Below are positions 39,253 through 49,699 of a stretch of DNA of 64,000 nt, one piece after another. The stretch comes from an uncultured Gammaproteobacteria bacterium (lineage in GTDB: Bacteria; Patescibacteriota; Microgenomatia; UBA10105; UBA927), in the NCBI GenBank assembly GCA_964596355.1, contig CAZQTD010000004.1, positions 1,183 to 65,182 on the forward strand, given 5' to 3'. Below the pieces are notes generated by a model. It had not been told where the DNA came from. It worked only from the letters and a program-made list of their open reading frames with translations, and searched no databases. A program made the position numbers and the translations under genes. Position 1 is the first letter of the stretch. Every line of letters starts with the position of its first letter.

Positions 39253-39891
39253 TTACACTGCGCCTTTTCCCGATATCATCGCCCAAGGGCTTTTAAGAAG
39301 AATCACGATGTCAAGCATGAGCGACCGTTTCTTTACATAATCTGCGTCAAGCTTGATCCTCTTGTCAAAATTTACCTCGCTTCTTCCTGATACCTGCCAG
39401 TAGCCGGTAATGCCCGGCTTTGCCGACAACACCACCTTAACCAGCTCCTTTGTGTGAGGGTACTTGCGCTGCTGCTCAACCAGTTCATCAGGATAATACG
39501 GCCGAGGGCCAACAAGACTCATGTCTCCCAGAAGAACGTTGATAAACTGCGGTATTTCGTCAAGCGAATGTTTCCGGATGAATCGTCCGACTCTCGTCAC
39601 CCGCGGGTCTTCACGCAGTTTATAGCTGTTGCGCTTATACACTCCGTACAATTTCGCAAGCTTCGGATCGCTTCTCAATTTCTCGTGTGCGCGGATAACC
39701 ATGGAACGGAATTTATAGAGCTTGAAAAGTTTTCCGTGTTGCCCAACGCGTTGCGGCGTATCAGCGAGAATCGGCCCGGGACTATCAAGTTTAATGGCAA
39801 TTGCGGTAGCCAAACAGAGAGGCAAACACAGAATTCCCAAAATAATGCTTCCCACAATATCAATAAGCCGTTTAATAATAGAATAGAGCAT
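39253..39891 (-). CDS. Priming phosphoglycosyltransferase (WbaP/WcaJ catalytic-domain type)
   Basis: KRLIDI, KFRSM, DPRVTRVG, SLDEIPQ, GDMSLVGPRP, PGITGYWQV. Confidence 0.95.
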   Translation of the reverse strand: MLYSIIKRLIDIVGSIILGILCLPLCLATAIAIKLDSPGPILADTPQRVGQHGKLFKLYKFRSMVIRAHEKLRSDPKLAKLYGVYKRNSYKLREDPRVTRVGRFIRKHSLDEIPQFINVLLGDMSLVGPRPYYPDELVEQQRKYPHTKELVKVVLSAKPGITGYWQVSGRSEVNFDKRIKLDADYVKKRSLMLDIVILLKSPWAMISGKGAV

Positions 39892-39899
39892 ATAAACAA

Positions 39900-40982
39900 T
39901 TACGTCAGGTGATCGTTTTCCGTGCCGCGCAATCCTTCCACAAGGTTTTTAATCTTTGCAACAGAACTCTTTTTACACACCAACACCACGTCGCTGGTAT
40001 TGACCACCAGCATATCTTCCAAATCAATGGTTGCGACTAGTTGCGTCGTATAGTTATACACAAGGGAATCCTTCGTATCTGTCAAAAGCACTTTGCCCTG
40101 CGTGACGTTTTTGTCTTCAGCTTCTTCAAGCGCTTCTTTGAGAGCCTCCCATGCGCCGATATCGCTCCATTCGATGTTCTCGGCAATAACAAGCGCGTCA
40201 GACGGATTAAGTTTCTCCAATATCGCGTTATCAAAGTTTATTTTTTCAAGTGTGGGATAGATGTCCTGCAACAAGTCGCTGAATCGCGCAGTACGCCATG
40301 CGCGAACGATACGCGACAATCCCTGATATACGTTTGGGGCGTGCCGACTGTATTGCTGCCATAAAAAAGAAGGCGTCGTCACAAAATATCCCACGTTCCA
40401 CGCATGGTGGCCGCTTTCAAAATACCGCTTGGCAGTCGCCTGATCAGGTTTATACTGAAAATCGATGAACGCGTGAAAAGAAATAGTATTTTTTTGGAAA
40501 ACTTCCCTGCCGTACTGTATCCACCCCAGATTGACACTCGCAAATCTCGGCCGTTGCGCAACGAACACGATTTTATTCTGCTCATTGGCGACAAATGCAC
40601 CGGCGGTTTTACATATTTTACGAAACAGCGCATCTTGTTTGACCAAATGATCGCTCCAGAGGATAACCATCGGTTCATGAGGAGCTTCCTGCATGAGAAT
40701 TCCGGTCATCAACCCCACAGCAGGCCCCACGTCGCGCATCTCCGGCTCGCCGATCACGTGATCGGCAGGCAAATCGACAAGCTGCTCCTGCACGGTTGCA
40801 ACATGCGCTTTCCCAGTTGCGACGTACATGTCTTTCCACGCAAAATCAGGGCGAAGCCGCATCGCGGCAAGTTGCAATGTGGATTTGTTTCCGACGATTT
40901 TTTCAAATTGTTTGGGTGACTTTTTGCGCGAAAGGGGCCACAGCCTTGTCCCCGCTCCACCGGCAAATATGACTGCTTTCAT
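39900..40982 (-). CDS. manC: Mannose-1-phosphate guanylyltransferase
   Basis: AGGAGTRLWPLSR..PKQF, EPEMRD, SDH, WSDIGAW. Confidence 0.88.
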   Translation of the reverse strand: MKAVIFAGGAGTRLWPLSRKKSPKQFEKIVGNKSTLQLAAMRLRPDFAWKDMYVATGKAHVATVQEQLVDLPADHVIGEPEMRDVGPAVGLMTGILMQEAPHEPMVILWSDHLVKQDALFRKICKTAGAFVANEQNKIVFVAQRPRFASVNLGWIQYGREVFQKNTISFHAFIDFQYKPDQATAKRYFESGHHAWNVGYFVTTPSFLWQQYSRHAPNVYQGLSRIVRAWRTARFSDLLQDIYPTLEKINFDNAILEKLNPSDALVIAENIEWSDIGAWEALKEALEEAEDKNVTQGKVLLTDTKDSLVYNYTTQLVATIDLEDMLVVNTSDVVLVCKKSSVAKIKNLVEGLRGTENDHLT

Positions 40983-42085
40983 GAAAATCTTTCAATTGTA
41001 GATTTCATTTCCTTTTTAAACCGATCGAGAGAAAACCGCATCGCATTGTTTCGACAGAGTGTACTATCATACCATGTATGTTCTGCCTTCTTCAACGCAT
41101 CAATAAGCGATGACACCCGCTTTTCAGGGAATAATATTCCTGTTTTCCCATCCTGAATAATTTCGGCGATACCGCTTTCTTTATACGCAATGACTGGTAT
41201 TCCGCATGCCTGCGCCTCCGCAGCTACGAGGCCGAAATCTTCCTCACCGGCAAATACCAACGCTCGACAATTTTGATAATAGTTAACAAGCTCCTCGTCT
41301 GTCAAATGACGGAAGATAAACTGCACATTCTTTTTCGCCCGCCGCATAAGCAATCTTCGCTCCAGTCCGTCGCCGATAACGACGAGAGGCCATTGTAGCG
41401 CGTTAAACGCGTCTATCACAAGATCCACTCGCTTATACCAAACAAGACGGCTAACCAATAGATAATACGCGCCGCTTTTCTTTGACCGCGCACGCCTCGG
41501 AGGAACAAATGTTTTTACATCTGCCGGCGGATAAATGACAGCGTCAACCTCCCGATGATAGTACGATTCAATGCGCTTCTTCACACGCCTGCTTATGGCA
41601 ATATAGCGATCCGGACGCGATGCTCCAATGACGTCCCACCGCTTGAGTGTCGGCAGAAGACGCCGGTAGACAGTCCTCGATAACAACGAGGGAACACCGA
41701 TGTGCGCGCGTTCATAGGAGTTGGATTCGCTCCATAAATACCGCGTCGGGGTAAGGCAATAACATACGTGAACGGTTTCAAGCTTTGTAATGATATCCTT
41801 CGCCTCCGCGCTTGTTACAGAAAGAACAACGTCGTAGGAATCGAACGAAAAGGATTCAAACGCCATGGGAGTCAGCCATGCGTACCACTCGTGACGCGAA
41901 GCGGCAAAAGGCAGCATCTGAATAAAGGAAGGGTGAACGCGAAACACACGAGCCCACGAAGCTTTCCTCCTGTCATAGACAGCAGTATAAAGCGGCGCCT
42001 TAGGCCAAATTTCGTGAAGAGCCAAAAGCACGCGTTCAGCGCCTCCGAATTTATTGACGCGATCGTATACAAACGCAATATTCAT
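40979..42085 (-). CDS. GT4 glycosyltransferase (WbaZ-like mannosyltransferase)
   Basis: GGAERVL, YCLTPTRY, EEDFGLVAAE (Ex7E motif). Confidence 0.9.
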   Translation of the reverse strand: MNIAFVYDRVNKFGGAERVLLALHEIWPKAPLYTAVYDRRKASWARVFRVHPSFIQMLPFAASRHEWYAWLTPMAFESFSFDSYDVVLSVTSAEAKDIITKLETVHVCYCLTPTRYLWSESNSYERAHIGVPSLLSRTVYRRLLPTLKRWDVIGASRPDRYIAISRRVKKRIESYYHREVDAVIYPPADVKTFVPPRRARSKKSGAYYLLVSRLVWYKRVDLVIDAFNALQWPLVVIGDGLERRLLMRRAKKNVQFIFRHLTDEELVNYYQNCRALVFAGEEDFGLVAAEAQACGIPVIAYKESGIAEIIQDGKTGILFPEKRVSSLIDALKKAEHTWYDSTLCRNNAMRFSLDRFKKEMKSTIERFS

Positions 42086-43191
42086 GATCGAAACACCGTT
42101 TCATAGACAGACAGCGTATCGGCCGCCATCTTGCTCCAATTGAACCTCGATATAATCGCTTGCGCGTTCATTCGCACCGCAGCTGCCGCGGGTCGTTCCT
42201 TTTCCATCGAAATGAGAGCGTCGGCAATCGCGCGTGGGTTTCTTGCATCAACGTACGTTGCAAGCCCATTAAGATGCTCGTGAAACACAGGAATATCAGA
42301 ACAAATAACCGGACACCCCAATGCCAGCGCTTCAACAGCAGGCAGTCCGAATCCCTCCGCAAGCGATACAAAAACCAGAGCAATTGCGTTTGAATACAAG
42401 GCCCGAAGCTGCGCATCAGTTGCGTGCCCAAAAATAATTACGTCGGTCGTTACATTCATCTGCGAAATAGTATCACACAGTCGTTCATAAAAATAATCGC
42501 GCGTCCCAACAATAATGAGCTTCGCCGGTTTGACGCTTTGCATCCGGTAGATGGCATAGGCTTTAAGAAGCGTATTGAGATTTTTATGCGGATACGCGTT
42601 GCCCACATAGAGAAAATAGCGTGAAGGCAATCCTGGAATCCGCCGCGGGGTTCCCACAAGCGAAGGATCAACCCCCTCCCGCGTGATCCAAATTGCGCCG
42701 GGATCAACACCAAACTCGCGGACAATATCATCTTTAACTGTTTGCGAAACAGTGAGAAGAGCGGAAGCGTGACGAATCCCATGACGCAACACGACTTCGT
42801 ACCCGAAGCGTTTGATCGCGTATAGAAACGGGTGCCGCGTGGTAGCCAATCCTGTGTTGAAGTGTCGTATCGTCAGATCGTGTATCGTCAAAATATATGA
42901 ACCTCCATAAAGAACCGGCGCGTTAAAGTAAGGTACGTGCAATACATCAAGCTTTTCGCGTCTATAGAACCACGGCATGATAAGCTGTTCAAGCGCCGTG
43001 TGCCATCGAACCGGGGCCTTTCGTTTTTCCCAACGGCTGTTAGGAACCTGAAAGGCATCAAACGCATCGGTATAAAGGAACACGACATACCGATTCTTCC
43101 TGTCTATACGAGAAAGCTCTCGGATAAGGTTTCGGATGTAGCGCCCAACGCCGCTTTGCGAAATGAGCCGTGCATCAATGCCAATTTTCAT
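42082..43191 (-). CDS. GT4 glycosyltransferase
   Basis: IGIDAR, GVGRY, TIHDL, YPHKN, EGFGLPAVE. Confidence 0.92.
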   Translation of the reverse strand: MKIGIDARLISQSGVGRYIRNLIRELSRIDRKNRYVVFLYTDAFDAFQVPNSRWEKRKAPVRWHTALEQLIMPWFYRREKLDVLHVPYFNAPVLYGGSYILTIHDLTIRHFNTGLATTRHPFLYAIKRFGYEVVLRHGIRHASALLTVSQTVKDDIVREFGVDPGAIWITREGVDPSLVGTPRRIPGLPSRYFLYVGNAYPHKNLNTLLKAYAIYRMQSVKPAKLIIVGTRDYFYERLCDTISQMNVTTDVIIFGHATDAQLRALYSNAIALVFVSLAEGFGLPAVEALALGCPVICSDIPVFHEHLNGLATYVDARNPRAIADALISMEKERPAAAAVRMNAQAIISRFNWSKMAADTLSVYETVFRS

Positions 43192-43196
43192 GACCG

Positions 43197-44075
43197 TTAG
43201 AGCGACAACGTGGTCACAAGCGCAATCCGTAGCCGCAAAAGCAACAATACCATAATCCTTACAATCCAAGGGTAGGCATTGCGATAATGTTTTTCATAAA
43301 AAAGGATCATTGCCTGATAAAAATGCTTCGTCGTCTGCTTTCGAATCTTCGCATCACGACTTTCTCTGCCGCTTTGTTTTTTGTAATGGACAACCGATGC
43401 GTAAGGGTTAAACCAAACTTCCCACCCGTGCGCCTTTATTCGATACGCCCAGTCGAGATCTTCTCCGTACATAAAATACGCCTCATCTAGAAGTCCCACA
43501 TCGCGCACTGCCTCTTTTCTAACCATAAAAAACGCACCGCTTGGGCAGTCTATTGTATGCGGCACTGTCATATCTTTATATCCTTGGTGATATTGCCCGA
43601 ACAATTGTGATTGTGGGAACAATCGCTCAAGTCCCAGAAAGTACGTCAGCGCCGCCCAAGGCGTAGGAAATCCTCTGTGACACGCAAGGTCCATCCGACC
43701 GCTGGCCAAAGTTACAGCGCACGTGGCGATCCCTGCGCGCTTGTGTTCATCCATAAACGCCACCATATCGCCGATGGTGCGGGCATGAACCTTGGTATCC
43801 GAATTAAGAAGGAGAATGTAGCGACCCGTTGCCTTCTTTATCGCAAGATTGTTGCCGGCCGCAAACCCGCTGTTTCTTTCATTGACGATCAGGCGAATGC
43901 CTTCAACAAGCTTTAACGCTTCAACACTTCCGTCGGTAGATCCGTTATCCACGACAAACACTTCCCATCTACCGCCTTGCCGTTGCGCGTTCCGAAGCGA
44001 AGAAAGACAGCGCAACACGAGCTCCTTTGTATTGTGATTGAGAATAATAATGGAAACGTCAACCGTGCGTTTCAT
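43197..44075 (-). CDS. GT2 glycosyltransferase (WbbL-like)
   Basis: VDNGSTDGS, GFAAGNN, LLNSD, FMYGEDLD. Confidence 0.9.
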   Translation of the reverse strand: MKRTVDVSIIILNHNTKELVLRCLSSLRNAQRQGGRWEVFVVDNGSTDGSVEALKLVEGIRLIVNERNSGFAAGNNLAIKKATGRYILLLNSDTKVHARTIGDMVAFMDEHKRAGIATCAVTLASGRMDLACHRGFPTPWAALTYFLGLERLFPQSQLFGQYHQGYKDMTVPHTIDCPSGAFFMVRKEAVRDVGLLDEAYFMYGEDLDWAYRIKAHGWEVWFNPYASVVHYKKQSGRESRDAKIRKQTTKHFYQAMILFYEKHYRNAYPWIVRIMVLLLLRLRIALVTTLSL

Positions 44076-45249
44076 GCGCGCGCCTCCAGACGTCATCGAG
44101 TGTTTTTGCGATCAAATCCCAAGCGAATTCTTTCTCTATTTTCTTTCTGGCTTTTTTTACAAGAACGCTAACCCATCGGGGATGTTCCAAAAGCTGTGCA
44201 CTTTGTCGTACAAAATCCGCAGAATCCTTGGCAATGAGAATTTCCTCGCCATGCTGCACATTAAGTCCCATCGCGCCAATCTTTGTGGTGACGACGGGAA
44301 TGCCGCACGCCATCGCCTCCAGTATCTTATATTTCGTTCCTCCGCCGATCCGTATCGGAGCAAGAAGAACATCGCTTGAATGGAACACGCTGGCGATATC
44401 ATCAACGTCAGTACTAAGTTTAATGTTCTTGCTGCCGGCAATCTCCCGCAGGTACTTCGGCGGCCGCTTTCCAACAATCAGAAGGTTCGCGTTTGGATAC
44501 GCGGAAATAAGAAGAGGCCAAATGTCGCGCACTATATAGCCAACGGCGTCGCGATTCTGCATCCACGCAAAATTTCCGACAAACAGAAACGTCGGCGCCT
44601 TGCCGACTTTTTTGGGTCGAAAATTAAAGTGCCGCACGTTTACCCCGTTTGGAACAACAGATACGTTGCTTCTGCCAACAACATTGTCAATACAACGCTT
44701 GTCATCGTCAGAGACTGCCGTGATGTGGGTTGCCCGCCGCCAAACGAACTGCTCCCACTGCTTCAATTTGCGAACATCCTGCACAAGGATCGGACGAAGC
44801 GGCGTGAAGGGAAAATGATTCGCGTACTGCTCATACACGGCGTGTTCTATATTGTGTTCCCCAACAACGAAAGGCGTCTGAATTGTGGGCAAAGACGGCC
44901 ACACATACCCCGGCTCGATATGAATAACATCGTACGATGTGGAGGCGATCGCCCGAGCGATCCGTTCGCGCATGCGCGCGATGTCATACGTAGCGAAAAC
45001 AAACGGGTATGGCCCGCTCATTGATCTAATAATATACTGCAGTTGCCACGCGCGCCCTCTATAGACGGTTGCAACATCGTGGCAAAATGCCAGCTGGGAC
45101 AAATATCCGAGCTCCTCTTGGTGCCGAATGAACGTATAAAGATCAATCGTATGCTTCCGGCTAAGTATTTGTAGCAGATTATATACACGAATCTGACCGC
45201 CCGAATATAGCGGATACGGCAGCACCGCCGAGACAAAAAGAATCTTCAT
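44059..45249 (-). CDS. GT4 glycosyltransferase
   Basis: PYPLYSGGQIR, EHNIE, VPNGV, GGGTKYKILEAMA. Confidence 0.9.
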   Translation of the reverse strand: MKILFVSAVLPYPLYSGGQIRVYNLLQILSRKHTIDLYTFIRHQEELGYLSQLAFCHDVATVYRGRAWQLQYIIRSMSGPYPFVFATYDIARMRERIARAIASTSYDVIHIEPGYVWPSLPTIQTPFVVGEHNIEHAVYEQYANHFPFTPLRPILVQDVRKLKQWEQFVWRRATHITAVSDDDKRCIDNVVGRSNVSVVPNGVNVRHFNFRPKKVGKAPTFLFVGNFAWMQNRDAVGYIVRDIWPLLISAYPNANLLIVGKRPPKYLREIAGSKNIKLSTDVDDIASVFHSSDVLLAPIRIGGGTKYKILEAMACGIPVVTTKIGAMGLNVQHGEEILIAKDSADFVRQSAQLLEHPRWVSVLVKKARKKIEKEFAWDLIAKTLDDVWRRAHETHG

Positions 45250-46691
45250 TGCTTTTTTGTAAGATCAATGATGACGAACGTGTCGTTTTTCATAAGAACC
45301 GTGTACGTATCCATAAGCGTCATGATTTCACCATCTTTGTCTGCCGGGGCAACAGAGATATAATGAGTTGCGCCCATTCGTATTTTCTCATCGATGTCAA
45401 AACCAATCGGCCAACCCTGACGCCGCGTCTGATAAAGAAACGTCGTATCTCCGCCGTATGGAGCAATCACTTTCGCGTCTTCCGGCAACAGCGTGTCTGC
45501 GGCACGTCCGGCTTCGACAATTTCTGGCTTATTTATCCAATAATAAGTCCGCACCGTGTACCATGAAAACGTGATCATGAATGCAAAACTGATGGTCGCG
45601 GTGCCAATACAAACAAGCCGATTCCCTTTCTGCGAGTTTTTCAGAAGTGCTGCTATCCCCACACCGACAAATGAACTCACCATCGGAATGAGAAGTACTT
45701 GATAATAATCATGCTGCACGTTGCCGGACGCAAATATTATAAGGTAGGCAAGTGCGCCCGCCAGCCATAGATACAACAACGCCCTGTTTGACATGCCGGG
45801 CTTTGACACCAAACCAAACCCAAACAGGATTAATCCCCAATATCCTAAAATTAGCTCGCCGAGCCGTTTGGCAAACAACCAATAAAACCACGCGCCCTTA
45901 AACCTGATGCCGTTTCCGTTGAAAAGCCACTCATAGGCGGGAATTCCTTCAGGAAACTGCAGAATCCACCGGCGCCACCAATAAAGAGCCGATACGCAAA
46001 TCAACGAGTAAACAGCCAACAAAATACACGAACTGCGCGAAAGGCCCAATCTGCGCAAGATTAAATACGGCGCGGGCAACAGAAGAAACGCGGCAGTCGG
46101 TTTGACAAGAAGCGCAACCGCGCCGCACGCTGCGGCTACAAAAAACACGACCGTTGACGTTACGCCACGGCGGTCAAACGCAAGTAGTACGAGGCTTAAG
46201 AGCGCCCAAAATACCATGAACGTATCCGGCAATATAGCCCTGCCGTAAAAAACGCTGTACGGCAGTACCGCCATCGTGACAGCCGCCCAAACACCAACCC
46301 ACGGATCAACGACCGCGAAAAGCAGGAGTCCCAAAAGAAATACGCTTGCCGATGAAGCGAAATTATTGACAAGCCGAAGCCACACCTCAATCGGCAGCAA
46401 TCCGATGTGTCGAGCAAGAAATGCTGCAAAGACTTGATACAGCGGAAATTCCACCATGCGCCAGCCCATTGGATTGTCTTTGCCCGACTGGATATTAGAA
46501 AGATCATCGTACCGGGGTCGCAGCGGGTCAATGCCGAACTTCAGATAATTTCTGGCAACCGCCGCCGTATCCGATTGTCGCCAGCTGTGCCAATCGGCAA
46601 GGGGCGCAGTTAATCGGTACAGTCGCAAACCAAACGCCACAAGCGCGACGCTTGCGAGTATCACAATATGAATGGTGCGGTGTTTTTTCAT
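45246..46691 (-). CDS. ArnT/PMT-like GT-C glycosyltransferase
   Basis: HSWRQSDTA, EFPLY, multiple TMs, HDYY. Confidence 0.8.
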   Translation of the reverse strand: MKKHRTIHIVILASVALVAFGLRLYRLTAPLADWHSWRQSDTAAVARNYLKFGIDPLRPRYDDLSNIQSGKDNPMGWRMVEFPLYQVFAAFLARHIGLLPIEVWLRLVNNFASSASVFLLGLLLFAVVDPWVGVWAAVTMAVLPYSVFYGRAILPDTFMVFWALLSLVLLAFDRRGVTSTVVFFVAAACGAVALLVKPTAAFLLLPAPYLILRRLGLSRSSCILLAVYSLICVSALYWWRRWILQFPEGIPAYEWLFNGNGIRFKGAWFYWLFAKRLGELILGYWGLILFGFGLVSKPGMSNRALLYLWLAGALAYLIIFASGNVQHDYYQVLLIPMVSSFVGVGIAALLKNSQKGNRLVCIGTATISFAFMITFSWYTVRTYYWINKPEIVEAGRAADTLLPEDAKVIAPYGGDTTFLYQTRRQGWPIGFDIDEKIRMGATHYISVAPADKDGEIMTLMDTYTVLMKNDTFVIIDLTKKQ

Positions 46692-49600
46692 CTGTTTGTC
46701 CCCTCGGAACGAGTATCAACTTCAACCAACAGCCGCTTGAGCTGCAGATCTTCAAAGATAAACACTTCTCTGTTATACCTATTAAACACGTGTGGATAGC
46801 TGAATGCTTCCTTTGCGCTTGAAACTGAAATCGTCGTAAATGTAAACGGATTTAATCGAAATACGTGCCACAGCGCGTCGCCCAAACCGGTGGGAAATAT
46901 CCAAGCGCGCCCGTATCGTATCGGCGTATTCACGAATATGAATCCCCTGTGGTTTGACAGCGGAAAATATTCTTTCCGCAGCTGCAGTATCGACTGCTGT
47001 GACACCCGGCTTGCCACAGCCCAGTCATCTTTGAGGCGAAACGATTCACGGTAATTCCAATATATAACGCTGACAATGATCATCAACGCAATCACTTTTA
47101 CATGGAGCGTCTCTTTCTCCCATATACGCTCAACGACGATCCCAAGCGCGATGCACAAAAATCCGGACGGGATAAACGCGTAGCGCTCCGCCATGCCGCC
47201 TAAGCCTGCATACGCGGCCAGCGACACAATGCAAAGGAGCAGAAAGACAGCAGGCGCCCGCATTTGACCAATAAATCGCCGCATTGCTCTGGCGACAATG
47301 ACAAAGCACGCCAAAACCAACACGCCGCCGCCTGCCACCAGCTGTTTATTTGTTCTAAAAGACGCGCGAAGGAACTCCCAGTGCTCAATGACTCTTGGCC
47401 CGCCGAATATGGCGGCAAGGTACCCCGAGGTATTTGCCAGGGCGTTGACAAACAGTGTTTCAATTTTATACCCGTAATCTCCAGAGGGAACTACAGCTCC
47501 GGCGCTCGTCCGCATCAACCAGTAAAGGGGCATAAGAAGGAGGAGCCCATGGTGCCATCGTCCTTTTTGTTGATATCGAAGGAGTCCCAAGAGCCATACA
47601 AGTAAAGGAGCAACCACCATGCCATCATACGAAAGCATGGAAACAAAAAGAAGAAGCGTTGCAAGCGGCAGGATGAGGCCTCTGATGCTCCTCCCCTCCT
47701 TCCAAAGCAACTGGTGACAATAAATGCTGCCAAAAAGCGCAACGAACGCCAGCATGCTGCTTTGGCCCGATATCCAGTACACGTTTTCGTGGTGAATCGA
47801 CAGTATCGCAAAAACCGCGCTACCGAGGAGGGCAAGCGGTCGACGCACCCCTTCATTGCTGGTAATTACGTAGATGAGGATGACGGAAAGCGATAATAGT
47901 ACCAGCGACATGAAATGGTAAGGCCCGGGCTTGAGCCAAAACAGCGAATACAACACAACATACCACAGCTTTGGAATAGGCCGGTAGAAAAACCCCTGCG
48001 CGCTTGTAAACAGCGTCGGGATTTGCTGGATGTTCGTCTCTGTAGCCCATTTGAGCCACGTAAAATCATCGGCAATAAAATACCACGGTAGTATGAACGC
48101 GAATATCGCCATCACACCGATCACAAGATAAAGAATAAGGGCAATCTGGTGCGTCAGCGTGCGTTTCAAAAGCTCACAATACTCGCGTATCGTCTGACCG
48201 TGCGGTCCAAGCGAGCCCAGCGCAATTCCGAGCATGAGCCAGAAGGAAAATGCGACCTTTGACGCCTCAAATACGTCAATCAGGATCGCGTTGCACAGCA
48301 AACCGGTTAATCCAGCGTACACGCCGATGGCAAACGATCTGGGAAGCCCGGTCACAATAGCTAACTGCCGAAAGAAAAACACGTACGCGGCAATAAAGAT
48401 GCCAAGGAACGCAATCGAGCCTGCAATCCCCGTTTCTCCCAGCATCCGCAGATAATCACCGTCAGCGGCAACAGAAAGAGTGGAAAATCCACTCCCCAGA
48501 AGGACGTCGCGCCTAAACGCTGTGAACGCCTTTGGCCACTGTCCCTGAAACCTTGTGGTAAGCGATATGTCATAAACAAACGCCTTTTGGATAAGGAAAC
48601 TCCCCGACACCGTTGCGATCTCCCCCGATCCTGTCGCGAGACTGCTTGCGGTGTAGTACTCAATGGCGTTAACATTATTGCGAGGCGATGAATCCGTATG
48701 AATGCCGATAAATTCGCTTCCTTTGGGTAAATCTTCATGCGCCGGCGACTCAATCTGTTCGACGAGTGCGCGTGAACCCTCCAGCTTGTCGAGCGTGCCG
48801 ATGGGTTTACCGCTTGATAAATCGACAACAACGTTTTCGTAACGGAATGTTTTATAAAACCGTTCCGATGCCTCGCCCACAAAATTCATGATTATAAAAC
48901 TCGCGATGATGACGGGAATGATAAGCACTCGCTTTTTCTGCCACACGAGCATTGCGCTTATCGCAATAAGGTACACGCCGAACGATACGCGCGACGCTGT
49001 CAAAAGAAGAAGAACAAGACCAAAAACCGCAAGAGTAAAAAAGACAAGCTTGTGCCACACGCGCTTCATCGCAAACACCATGCTCCCGAGAATCGGAATA
49101 ACCAACACAAGGTATGCCCCCAAATCGTAGTGTCCTCCAAACGTGGAAGGAATCCGCGCAGTCGGCGGAAGCCTAAGCGGAATGCCCTTGGCGAACTCCT
49201 CATTCATGGTGAGAAACGCCGGCAGTCCCAAAAACTTTTGTCCAAACCCGTACAAAATTATGAGAAGCACCGTCACGGCAATAACCCACACGGACGCACG
49301 AAAAATTCCGCGGTTGCTTTTTACCGCGTAATACCCGAGGAAAAAAAGGATCATGTATTCAATTCGCCGAAGAAAATGAAGGATTGCAAGATGCGGATGA
49401 AAATTTACGATATGTTTGCTGGTGGCAACGATAGAGACAATAACGACGACAACTCCCACCAGCCAATACGTCACGATCGGCCACGTAAGCGGCGTTGACG
49501 GCATCGTACGCGTACGGATCAATCGAACCGCAAATCCTGCCGCAACCAACGCGACGAGAAGGTCTTCAGCGCGGATGTACACCCATGTGTGGACGATGTC

Positions 49601-49699
49601 CACAATCGGGAGCTTGGGAAACAGCGGAATAAAAAAGAGGAAAAAAAGCGCGCTTACCGGAAGCAACCCGTCACTGATCCGACTGAAGAGCTTGTTCAT
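46688..49699 (-). CDS. O-antigen-ligase-like (Wzy_C) domain fused to a second GT-C domain
   Basis: N half: RIPSTFGGHYDLG, TASR, DGDYLRMLGETG. C half: ADDFTWL..FYRP..ENVYWISG..ERY. Confidence 0.75.
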   Translation of the reverse strand: MNKLFSRISDGLLPVSALFFLFFIPLFPKLPIVDIVHTWVYIRAEDLLVALVAAGFAVRLIRTRTMPSTPLTWPIVTYWLVGVVVVIVSIVATSKHIVNFHPHLAILHFLRRIEYMILFFLGYYAVKSNRGIFRASVWVIAVTVLLIILYGFGQKFLGLPAFLTMNEEFAKGIPLRLPPTARIPSTFGGHYDLGAYLVLVIPILGSMVFAMKRVWHKLVFFTLAVFGLVLLLLTASRVSFGVYLIAISAMLVWQKKRVLIIPVIIASFIIMNFVGEASERFYKTFRYENVVVDLSSGKPIGTLDKLEGSRALVEQIESPAHEDLPKGSEFIGIHTDSSPRNNVNAIEYYTASSLATGSGEIATVSGSFLIQKAFVYDISLTTRFQGQWPKAFTAFRRDVLLGSGFSTLSVAADGDYLRMLGETGIAGSIAFLGIFIAAYVFFFRQLAIVTGLPRSFAIGVYAGLTGLLCNAILIDVFEASKVAFSFWLMLGIALGSLGPHGQTIREYCELLKRTLTHQIALILYLVIGVMAIFAFILPWYFIADDFTWLKWATETNIQQIPTLFTSAQGFFYRPIPKLWYVVLYSLFWLKPGPYHFMSLVLLSLSVILIYVITSNEGVRRPLALLGSAVFAILSIHHENVYWISGQSSMLAFVALFGSIYCHQLLWKEGRSIRGLILPLATLLLFVSMLSYDGMVVAPLLVWLLGLLRYQQKGRWHHGLLLLMPLYWLMRTSAGAVVPSGDYGYKIETLFVNALANTSGYLAAIFGGPRVIEHWEFLRASFRTNKQLVAGGGVLVLACFVIVARAMRRFIGQMRAPAVFLLLCIVSLAAYAGLGGMAERYAFIPSGFLCIALGIVVERIWEKETLHVKVIALMIIVSVIYWNYRESFRLKDDWAVASRVSQQSILQLRKEYFPLSNHRGFIFVNTPIRYGRAWIFPTGLGDALWHVFRLNPFTFTTISVSSAKEAFSYPHVFNRYNREVFIFEDLQLKRLLVEVDTRSEGTNR

